Below are positions 1-7,975 of a stretch of 63,491 bases of DNA, in pieces. The notes under the pieces were generated by a model. The model did not search any database and was not told the DNA's origin. It saw nothing but the letters and a program-made list of their open reading frames with translations. Origin of the DNA: Nanobdellota archaeon. GTDB taxonomy: Archaea > Nanobdellota > Nanobdellia > Pacearchaeales > GW2011-AR1. The stretch covers positions 1 to 63,491 of the forward strand of contig JAHITZ010000032.1 of assembly GCA_018817405.1 (NCBI GenBank), in the 5' to 3' direction. The position numbers and the translations under genes were made by a program. How positions within the stretch are numbered: the first letter of the stretch is position 1; every line of letters starts with the position of its first letter.

Positions 1-150
1 TCGTAAGAAAGTAAATGCAAATCTTGACTGTGCTCAAGACCCCAAGAATTCCTTACAGTAGAATTCTTGGCTGCGTTCAAGAATCTTCGATTCTTGACGA
101 CCCGAGGCACGCCCTGGACTTTAGTCCGAGGGTTCTTGACATTGTAACAA
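1..150 (+). repeat. Multi-hairpin repeat family A, copy 1 (left part cut by window edge)
   Basis: nt 1-136 align by eye with 30587-30722 (about 5 substitutions plus a 4-nt indel); consecutive short hairpins built on CTTGA/TCAAG and GAATTC cores. Confidence 0.8.
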
Positions 151-239
151 ACGAATTAATAAATGTCTAATGCCCTTAATCAAACTCTCAATTATACACA
201 TATCGCAATCTTTATATTCCGACCTCTCTTGTTCTATTT

Positions 240-698
240 ATGTTAAGACGCACACATCTTGCCCTCGGATTAGCAATAGGACTTTATTTTGTGTCCCACA
301 TTAAAAGCAATAAGTGGGCATTTTTAGCAATTGTTTTAATCTCCAGCGTTTTGCCTGACATTGAATCAGGTTTTTCCGCTCCAAAGCGACACCGCCTTCT
401 AAGTTTTCAGCAAACTAAGTGGGTATTCCATAGGAATTTTCTCATTCACACCTACACAATTCTTATCCCTCTTACAATAGTATTCACGTTTTTTTATCCG
501 ACAATGGCTTTTCCTTTCTTTTTAGGCTACTCCTTCCATTTATTCCTGGACACTTTCTCGCCGCAAGGCATTAGACCTTTTTGGCCGCTAAAAGGAAAAT
601 CAACAGGTAGCATAGTCCCAGGTGGAAGAATCGACAAAGTCCTATTCTATGTTTTCGTAATCTTTGATTTTGCCTTGCTTGTTAAGCTATTTATCTAA
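240..698 (+). CDS. Membrane-bound metal-dependent hydrolase, YdjM/DUF457-like
   Basis: 152 aa, multi-TM; pattern H..LG...S.LPDIE...HR..IHT...G..FHL.LD resembles the DUF457 family. Confidence 0.65.
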   Translation: MLRRTHLALGLAIGLYFVSHIKSNKWAFLAIVLISSVLPDIESGFSAPKRHRLLSFQQTKWVFHRNFLIHTYTILIPLTIVFTFFYPTMAFPFFLGYSFHLFLDTFSPQGIRPFWPLKGKSTGSIVPGGRIDKVLFYVFVIFDFALLVKLFI

Positions 699-785
699 AA
701 AATCGCTAATATTATCACTCCCCCACAACAAAATTTTAATAGTGTCAAATACTTTTAGGTAGATAAAAACTCTTTTCTTATCAAA

Positions 786-1850
786 ATGGAGAAAAAAGAA
801 GTACAAAAGAAAATACTCGAGAAGGCAAAGAACAACAATGCAACAGAAGAAGAATTCGTATCGATTCTAAGGTCTGTTGCTCCTGGGACACATCTCAGAT
901 CATCACTCGACGGAACCCTCAGAACAGGCAAAGGGGCACTAATCATAGTCGAAAATGAAAACACTTTTGACATTTTTGACGGAGGTTTCTGGTTAAACAC
1001 TCGTTTCACTCCACAAAAACTCGTAGAGCTATCGAAGATGGATGGTGCTATAATTTTAAGCAAAGACATGAAGCGAATCAGCTACGCAAACGTCTTATTA
1101 ACACCAAGTAGCAAAATATCAACAAACGAAACAGGAACAAGACACAAAGCTGCAGAGCGCTCCGCTAAGCAAGCAGGCACATTAACAATTGCAATATCAG
1201 AAAGAAGAAACGAAATCACAATCTACTACAAAAATCTCAAATACCCTCTAGTTCCAACCGGAGACTTGCTAAGAAAAGCAAACGAAAACATCCAACTTCT
1301 AGAAAAACAAAGAGCCATATTCGATAAACAAGTTGAAAAATTAGACACTCTCGAATTGTTAGGTTCTTCAAATCTGAGACAAACAATCAATGTAATCCAA
1401 AAAGGAAGGATAATAGTGAAGTTAGCAGATGATTTAAGCAGATATTTAATTGAATTAGGAAAAGAAGGCACTCTCCTAAGAATGCGTCTCAAGGAAATCA
1501 CCATAGGGGTAGAAAAAGAAACAGACCTCGTTGTCAAGGATTATACTCAACTAGATTTGAAGAGATCAAAAAATCTTTTACACAATTTGTCATACGATTC
1601 TGTCTTGGATGAAGAATCAATCGCGAAGATCTTGGGTTACGAAGGAACAATTACAACACAAGAAATAAAAGGTTGGAGAATCCTCTCCCGAACCTGCTTG
1701 TCTGATTCAGAGATAGCTTCATTAATAAAGGAAAAGGCAACCCTAGTTGAAGTGTTAGATTTAAAACAAAACACTTTTGTAAACCTGTTTGGTGAAGAAA
1801 AAGCCCGAACACTAAAAGGAGAATTAGATAAGATTTCTACCAGCGTTTAA
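786..1850 (+). CDS. disA: DisA-like diadenylate cyclase (DNA integrity scanning protein)
   Basis: 354 aa; DAC-domain motifs GALIIV, DGAIIL, GTRHKAAER, then a long helical linker and C-terminal domain, as in DisA. Confidence 0.8.
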   Translation: MEKKEVQKKILEKAKNNNATEEEFVSILRSVAPGTHLRSSLDGTLRTGKGALIIVENENTFDIFDGGFWLNTRFTPQKLVELSKMDGAIILSKDMKRISYANVLLTPSSKISTNETGTRHKAAERSAKQAGTLTIAISERRNEITIYYKNLKYPLVPTGDLLRKANENIQLLEKQRAIFDKQVEKLDTLELLGSSNLRQTINVIQKGRIIVKLADDLSRYLIELGKEGTLLRMRLKEITIGVEKETDLVVKDYTQLDLKRSKNLLHNLSYDSVLDEESIAKILGYEGTITTQEIKGWRILSRTCLSDSEIASLIKEKATLVEVLDLKQNTFVNLFGEEKARTLKGELDKISTSV

Positions 1851-1859
1851 ATATCAATA

Positions 1860-2306
1860 TTATTCAACAACCCAAGTCTGAATAACAATTACCACGATAG
1901 CAATCACTGCAATAATTCCCTTAACTGCTAAAAAGCCAGATGCTTCAATTCTTACAGCAGGAATAGAGAACACGCCTGTTAAAACAGCGAGAACACCGAT
2001 TATAACAGTGATTAATTTTGTAAAGTTTTTTGGTGTAAGACCCTCATGTTTCATCCTCCCAAGTTTGGTAATTTCCCCTTCAACAACAAAACCAAGCCCA
2101 ATAATTATCATCAACATAGCCTCTACATAAAAACTCATATCAAAGTTAAACAAAGTAGCACTGATAATTCCCAAAAACCCAACAATGCTTACTAACGCCA
2201 GAGCTATGACAAACTTGTGCGACGCTGTTGTCATTTTCCTCTCATTTTTTTCTCGCGTCAATTTCCTTACAATTTTATTTTCTTTGCTATATCTTGCACC
2301 AGCCAT
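1860..2306 (-). CDS. Small multi-pass membrane protein (true start possibly the internal Met at 2234)
   Basis: Four hydrophobic segments; the first 24 codons overlap the upstream gene. Confidence 0.5.
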   Translation of the reverse strand: MAGARYSKENKIVRKLTREKNERKMTTASHKFVIALALVSIVGFLGIISATLFNFDMSFYVEAMLMIIIGLGFVVEGEITKLGRMKHEGLTPKNFTKLITVIIGVLAVLTGVFSIPAVRIEASGFLAVKGIIAVIAIVVIVIQTWVVE

Positions 2307-2608
2307 GTTTCTTTCTTTTCTCCAGACAGAGCATTAATCCACGCAATTAGCCACAAAACAAACCAAAACACCCACAAAAGAGGCTCAATAATATTCCCAA
2401 ATAACGGAGTCGATGAAACAAACGCTATAATAATTTGCCCAATAAAAAGCACAAGACCCTGCTTCGCGTAGTACATCACATACTCGTCATCCCGCTTTAC
2501 AATCAGCGCAATAATAAAACCAATTATCGTCAGGAACGTAGCAAGCCACGCAAACGTCTTGCTCTCACTCTTCTTACTTGATGTTTTCTTCACACTCTTT
2601 TTCGGCAT
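2267..2608 (-). CDS. DUF4870-like membrane protein
   Basis: 113 aa; basic N-terminus, TM helices, YYAKQGL motif typical of DUF4870. Confidence 0.5.
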   Translation of the reverse strand: MPKKSVKKTSSKKSESKTFAWLATFLTIIGFIIALIVKRDDEYVMYYAKQGLVLFIGQIIIAFVSSTPLFGNIIEPLLWVFWFVLWLIAWINALSGEKKETWLVQDIAKKIKL

Positions 2609-2676
2609 GTCTAATTATAAGAAAGGGTGTTTAAAAAAGTTTGGGGATGCTCCCCGTTAGTTAACTCATAGATCTA

Positions 2677-2922
2677 CTAATAAACATTCTTCCTAAAACC
2701 TATCCTCACCACAACAATTTTATTTGCAGAAACAATAACATCAACAATTGCTCTGTAATCTCCTATTCTTAACCGCCATAACTTTTGCCCCTGAAGTCTT
2801 TTGAGAAACCTAAATGGGTTGTCCCTAATCGAATAAATCTTTCTCAAAACTATCTCTGCATCTTTTTTTGGCAATTTCTTAAGGGAATTTTCAGCATTTT
2901 TTTCAATTTGGATCGAATACAT
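2677..2922 (-). CDS. relE: RelE/ParE-family toxin
   Basis: 81 aa; LPKK...NP....K.L.G...WRLRIGDYRAI..I......V..IG.RKNVY pattern. Confidence 0.8.
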   Translation of the reverse strand: MYSIQIEKNAENSLKKLPKKDAEIVLRKIYSIRDNPFRFLKRLQGQKLWRLRIGDYRAIVDVIVSANKIVVVRIGFRKNVY

Positions 2923-2923
2923 T

Positions 2924-3160
2924 CTAAGTTAAAGAAACGCCAAGTTCTTTTGCTACTTGTTCAATTGGCTTTACCTTTCCCCTTTTAACATTCTCTAAGG
3001 CAATCTTAATATCTTCAACCTCCTCCTCGCTTAAACTTTCTTCCTCAATATTGTCCACTAAATTATTGAGTAGTTCATCATAGGATTGTCTGTCAAAATT
3101 CTTCAACGCCTTTAGACGCCCAAGAGTGTTTGTATTTATTTGGATGGTTGTCTTTTCCAT
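2924..3160 (-). CDS. Cognate antitoxin (family unassigned)
   Basis: 78 aa acidic protein directly upstream of relE with a stop-1nt-ATG junction. Confidence 0.6.
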   Translation of the reverse strand: MEKTTIQINTNTLGRLKALKNFDRQSYDELLNNLVDNIEEESLSEEEVEDIKIALENVKRGKVKPIEQVAKELGVSLT

Positions 3161-3381
3161 GTTATATGATAACTATAATTAGTATATAATTGTTTCGTTT
3201 ATGCCCTGGACGCGAAAACAATAATACATTCGCGTTTGCTATCGTAGTTCTTGCTAATGCTCCCGCCGAGCAAGTGACCATCTTGGCGTCCTCAAGGGAT
3301 GTCTGTTTATTTTAACATAAACATTCCTTTCAGACTGTTTTGATTTAAAAATATTGTCGAGGTTGAGTATATCGATAAAAA

Positions 3382-4065
3382 CTAAGCCCCAACTATTCTA
3401 TTAACCGCCTCTGGAACTTCCCTGAGCATTTGTTCAACCATGTCCAAGTATGCATTCTTACCCTTACCTAAGACTTTCTTTATTTCTGATTTAGAATCAC
3501 CAGTAGCTAATTGGCTCAAAACAGAAATTGTGGGATCATATTCTATTCCAGAATACATCTTCGAGACCCTTGCATAATTTTCTTTGTCGACTGGTAAAAC
3601 AGCAATAACATCAAATCTTGGAACTGTTTGGTCTTTTCCATCTTTTACAGAACCTTTAATCCCATATTTTTCTATACATTCGGCAATATACCTTTTTCCA
3701 TCTGCCATAAATGCTGCCTCAGCCTTACTAAAAAGATGATTAAATAACCCATGCATACCTCCAGTTATTTGTGCTATTTCTAACGCTGCTTTATCAGATT
3801 GATTGTAGACACCACCCCTCTTAAATGCTAATCGATACAATTCATGCCTTTCATCAGATGAATATTCCTCATCAAACATTGCATTAGCCATTGTCCCACT
3901 AGAAATAATCCCATATTCTCCTTCTGCGCCGATTTCAACTAAATGGTTTCTTCCAATTAGTTCTACAAGTGGAGATCTACAATTATTAGTAGTGCATACA
4001 GCTTCAATTAGTTTTCTTGCCATTTCATCTGTCCTCCCAAATAGCTTTTTGTCTGTAAAACTCAA
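3382..4065 (-). CDS. Hypothetical protein, 227 aa, no family recognised
   Basis: Long ORF with non-host-like composition; its start overlaps the upstream ORF by 41 nt. Confidence 0.5.
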   Translation of the reverse strand: MSFTDKKLFGRTDEMARKLIEAVCTTNNCRSPLVELIGRNHLVEIGAEGEYGIISSGTMANAMFDEEYSSDERHELYRLAFKRGGVYNQSDKAALEIAQITGGMHGLFNHLFSKAEAAFMADGKRYIAECIEKYGIKGSVKDGKDQTVPRFDVIAVLPVDKENYARVSKMYSGIEYDPTISVLSQLATGDSKSEIKKVLGKGKNAYLDMVEQMLREVPEAVNRIVGA

Positions 4066-4372
4066 CTACTTCATCATCGCTAGGAGTTCCTGCAGAGATT
4101 ACTGGACTTCTAATACAAACGCTGTAACCCCAAGTAGTGTCTGGATGACCATCATTATCTGTGTCTTTTACATCTCTTGCAAGAGTGTAGGGAGTATTGC
4201 TCTCAATTCCTTCTCTCCCAACGATTTGTGCACTGTCAAAATTATCATAATTTCTCAAAGCTCCTCCGATTAATCCTGGAGCTAAAAAGACCCCCACTGT
4301 TGCTAGGGCTGTTAATAAGCCATTTCTTATTGTTTTCATTTTTTCTTTTTCCTCCTTACACTTTGTTTTCAT
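4025..4372 (-). CDS. Small secreted or membrane-anchored protein
   Basis: 115 aa; N-terminal hydrophobic segment LLTALATVGVFLAPGLIGG after a basic stretch. Confidence 0.45.
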   Translation of the reverse strand: MKTKCKEEKEKMKTIRNGLLTALATVGVFLAPGLIGGALRNYDNFDSAQIVGREGIESNTPYTLARDVKDTDNDGHPDTTWGYSVCIRSPVISAGTPSDDEVVEFYRQKAIWEDR

Positions 4373-4443
4373 AATATAGTAGTAAAATATAGCATATATA
4401 AAACGATAATATTAAATAGTTAGCACTATGCTATAATAATACT

Positions 4444-5481
4444 ATGGATAATAGCATTAAGCTAGATAAGAAGGATCTACAACTTCTAAGGTTGTTAGGA
4501 GAGAATTGCAGATTTCAACTTTCTACCTTAGCCAGAGCGCTTAATTTATCTAAAGATACAATAAGAAACAGAATTAAAGCCTTGGAGAAAAATCGCACCA
4601 TAACCCATTATAATACCCTATTAAATCCGAGACCGCTCGGATACTCAAAGTTCCAAATCCTAATAAAATTCAAAAGCGATATAAAAAATAAACAAGCACA
4701 AATAGAAAAATTAACTAAGCAGAAATCAATAAGTTTCATCAACACACTTATAGGAAAATATGATATTCATATCATTATAGATTCAGAGAATATTTTTTCG
4801 TTTGATAAAGCAAAATCTGAAATATTTGAGATATTAAAAAACTCAATCCAAAGTTATACTGTGCTCACCTTTTTCAATGATATTAAACACACGAATTTAA
4901 TTCCCGAAACATCAATGGATGTAAAAGTTCAAAAAAATCTTGACACTTCTTTCTCGTCATTACTCTCTCCAACCTTTGAAGTTGAACAAACAACACCAGA
5001 TTATACCCCTGATTCTCTTGATATTGAAATACTAAAAATACTAACAAAAAACCCCAGAGAAACATTGGTGCAGATAAGCAAGGATCTAAAGTACAATAGA
5101 GAAACAATAAAACAAAGGATTGTCAAATTAATCAAGAACAGAGTAATTATGAATTTCGGAGCAAATCTCTCTTTTGATTCATTTAATTACACCACCTATT
5201 TCATATTAATCAAAACTAACAGGGGCGTCGATGAAAGAGACTTGAAAAATTCTTTCAAAAGCGTAGACAATCTCTTTTACTGTGCAAAGACCTTGGGAGA
5301 TTATTCTTTAATAGCCTACATACTTGCAAAATCTCCCACACAATTGAAAGAGACTATTAAAAAAATTCAGGAGATTCTAGGAGACAGCATGTCAGAGTCA
5401 GATCTTCTTATCTTTGATGAATTACTCCTCTACAAACAACTGCCTCCAAACTTACTTGAAGAGATTAGAAAAAATGACTAA
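4444..5481 (+). CDS. Transcriptional regulator with two tandem Lrp/AsnC-type winged-HTH modules
   Basis: DKKDLQLLRLLGENCR..STLARALNLSKDTIRNRIKALE and a second copy DIEILKILTKNPRETLVQISKDLKYNRETIKQRIVKL. Confidence 0.65.
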   Translation: MDNSIKLDKKDLQLLRLLGENCRFQLSTLARALNLSKDTIRNRIKALEKNRTITHYNTLLNPRPLGYSKFQILIKFKSDIKNKQAQIEKLTKQKSISFINTLIGKYDIHIIIDSENIFSFDKAKSEIFEILKNSIQSYTVLTFFNDIKHTNLIPETSMDVKVQKNLDTSFSSLLSPTFEVEQTTPDYTPDSLDIEILKILTKNPRETLVQISKDLKYNRETIKQRIVKLIKNRVIMNFGANLSFDSFNYTTYFILIKTNRGVDERDLKNSFKSVDNLFYCAKTLGDYSLIAYILAKSPTQLKETIKKIQEILGDSMSESDLLIFDELLLYKQLPPNLLEEIRKND

Positions 5482-5684
5482 ACCGTTTTGATCTAAACAT
5501 CTTTCCCCTTCCGCTTACACAAAAACAGCAAAATAGGCAAAACCTCCTGATTTTTTTCGAGATCTGAAATTTCTTTTTTCATATCTTTATAAGACCTATT
5601 CATAACCATAAAATATCCAAAACTCCCACGCTTTTCTTTTAATTGTGGATATTCCTGAACAATCTCCAGCAAACACACCACCTA

Positions 5685-5723
5685 TGTAGACAAAATTGTA
5701 GAAAAGTTTAAATATGTAGACAA
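5685..5723 (+). promoter_or_regulatory. Iteron triplet TGTAGACAA / TGTAGAAAA / TGTAGACAA upstream of fic
   Basis: Three same-orientation 9-mers at 5685, 5697, 5715 (spacing 12 and 18 nt), 14 nt before the fic ATG. Confidence 0.6.
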
Positions 5724-5736
5724 GCATTGTATTGCT

Positions 5737-6675
5737 ATGTATATCGAAAAAAGAAAGTATTATGGCAAGACAAAGTATTGGCTTTCTCACTCATTCAGGG
5801 AAGGAGGCAAGATACATAAAATAAGAAAATTACTGGGCGTAGATTTAACTAAGGATAAATTAGAAGAAAGAAAAGAAAGGGCTGAGAACCTCATCTTAGA
5901 AGAAATTAATAAGTACAAAATAATAAAAGATCCCCTCCATGATAAGATATCCAAAGAAGAAATTGAATTTATTAAAAGGTTGCAAGCAGAAGCAAATCTT
6001 AAAGTAATTCACCTATCTGAAAAGCAGTGGAAAACTTTCTCTGAAATTTTTAGTTATAATACTAATGCGATAGAAGGCAGCGAATTAAGTAAAAAAGAAA
6101 CCAAGGAAGTCATAGAAAAAGGAGTTTGGCCAGTTGAAAAGTCTAAAGAAGATATCGCAGAAGCGTTAGGTGTGAACGAAGCCATAAAACTTATTAGAAA
6201 AACAAAAGAACATATTTCTTTAGACTTAATTAAGCAAATCCATTATATTGTTTTCAAAAACTCTAAAGATTTTGCAGGAGAATTGAGAAAGTTAGGACAA
6301 GAAGTAGTTGTTAGAACTGGAACAGGATTTATTGTTCACGAAGGCGCGCCTTCCTCGAGAGTTATTACTTTGCTCAATGAACTAATCAAATGGTATAATA
6401 AACACAAATCAGAATATCCTGGAATTCTGTTGGCTTCTGTCATACACAATCAGTTTGAAAATATACACCCCTTTGCAGATGGCAATGGAAGAGCCGGCAG
6501 AATTTTATTGAATAATATTTTATTAAAAAATAATCTTCCACCAGTCAATATAGATATAAAAAACCAAGCTGAATATTATCAGACTTTGCAATCTTATGAA
6601 AAAGATGGAAACATAAGGCCAACTATAGAACTCATATTAAAAGAGTACAAAAGTCTAAGTAAAATAATAAAATAA
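5737..6675 (+). CDS. fic: Fic-family protein (AMPylase-type), with N-terminal inhibitory motif
   Basis: HPFADGNGRAGR active-site motif; TNAIEG matches the (S/T)xxxE(G/N) inhibitory helix. Confidence 0.85.
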   Translation: MYIEKRKYYGKTKYWLSHSFREGGKIHKIRKLLGVDLTKDKLEERKERAENLILEEINKYKIIKDPLHDKISKEEIEFIKRLQAEANLKVIHLSEKQWKTFSEIFSYNTNAIEGSELSKKETKEVIEKGVWPVEKSKEDIAEALGVNEAIKLIRKTKEHISLDLIKQIHYIVFKNSKDFAGELRKLGQEVVVRTGTGFIVHEGAPSSRVITLLNELIKWYNKHKSEYPGILLASVIHNQFENIHPFADGNGRAGRILLNNILLKNNLPPVNIDIKNQAEYYQTLQSYEKDGNIRPTIELILKEYKSLSKIIK

Positions 6676-6687
6676 TAGAATTCTACG

Positions 6688-6725
6688 TGTAGACAATATT
6701 GTAGACAAGATTAATTTGTAGACAA
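6688..6725 (+). promoter_or_regulatory. Second iteron triplet TGTAGACAA x3 downstream of fic
   Basis: 9-mers at 6688, 6700, 6717 (spacing 12 and 17 nt); about 80 percent identical by eye to 5685-5723 over about 40 nt. Confidence 0.6.
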
Positions 6726-6782
6726 AGGCGCCCCACCGAAATGCCAAAATGTTATAATTCTCCTGTGGAACCTTCTGCTCTA

Positions 6783-6950
6783 TGCTCCTACCGGGATTCG
6801 AACCCGGGCCTTCGCCGTTCTCCATGCCTTTCAATCTGAAAGACACTTAAATAAAAGTGCCTGCCTCAAGCGAGACTGAAGGTATTAGATCACCTCAGCA
6901 ACCTCCGGCAATCGAGAGGGCGATATCCTTAACCGCTAGACAATAGGAGC
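6783..6950 (-). tRNA. tRNA-Glu (anticodon CUC inferred) with an intron of about 95 nt (about 6818-6912)
   Basis: Acceptor GCTCCTA/TAGGAGC; D arm GTCT..GGAT; anticodon stem TCGCC/GGCGA pairs only if about 95 nt after position 37 are removed; T arm CCGGG-TTCGAAT-CCCGG. Confidence 0.75.
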
Positions 6951-6986
6951 TTATTTCATAAGGTAATGTTCACTATAAAAGATTTG

Positions 6987-7322
6987 CTAATCTCCAGAAA
7001 GGGTTCTTTCTAAATTCTTAAAACCTTCTCCTAAATAATAAGCATCTTCATTAGACAAACCAATTATCAGCAGAGACATTCTGTGGTCATCGAAGTTTAA
7101 ATGTCTACAAGCTTTCCAATGACAATAAGCCTCCAGCGGCCTCATTCCAGCATGTAATTTAAATTCTCTCTGTTGCTCTTCTCTTGTCTGAGAGCTATCA
7201 ACCCATCCTAAACTTTCTGCATAATCTATTGCTTCATCTGAAACATAGGGTTCTTCCGCTAACATCCCCTCAAGCATGCTATCCATTATCAAAGAAGGCG
7301 CATCAAATTCACCACATTCCAT
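6987..7322 (-). CDS. Orphan ORF with atypical composition, acidic, 111 aa
   Basis: ORF next to tRNA-Glu; shares LERTLS-D and CxnCR motifs with ORF 30173-30412. Confidence 0.4.
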   Translation of the reverse strand: MECGEFDAPSLIMDSMLEGMLAEEPYVSDEAIDYAESLGWVDSSQTREEQQREFKLHAGMRPLEAYCHWKACRHLNFDDHRMSLLIIGLSNEDAYYLGEGFKNLERTLSGD

Positions 7323-7975
7323 AGCATATAATCAAATAGAACCCTATATAAAAATTATCGCAACACAGTTAATCGATTTCAGAAAGATTTAAATACGGAA
7401 ATGGTTGAGCGTTTTTATGGATCCAGAAAAAATGTACAAATTGAATGTAATATACTCGCCTACAACACCCAGAGGAGAAAGTGATAGACTAATTAAGCAG
7501 TCTAGCAGAGGACTTCAATATTCTTTATTCAAATAATGTTTTACCAGAAGATGCTGAACCAAGAGATAGGGTGGGTGCACAAAGAGCGATGGCAGAGCGA
7601 GGTGCAGCTTCAGGGTTTCCAATGGGGGTTGTACGATTTGGAGCCTTGCCTTATGACCAATTTAGAAGTTTAACACTCAGGGTGATGGATGAATTGGATG
7701 TTAGATCGTTGGATCCAAGTCCGATTAGTTAGTAATCAAACCGATAAAAGTAATTACTGAAAAAATTATTACCAAGCTTAAAACCCTCAAAGACTTCATC
7801 TAAATTACTCCAAACCCCCCAATACCAGAGCAATTATTATCGCAATCCCTAAAATCCATAATATAATACCTATCCAATTATTTTTATTCGCTATTCCATT
7901 AATTAACACTAAAACTATTTAATCTTTTCTCCGCTTGCGCAGAAACAAATATGTTGATTCTCACTCAAAACCCCT

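Noticed and set aside
6655-6846. 63-aa ORF (GTG start) overlapping tRNA-Glu
   Set aside because: It is translated from the tRNA 3' exon and intron sequence. The tRNA structure explains the region.
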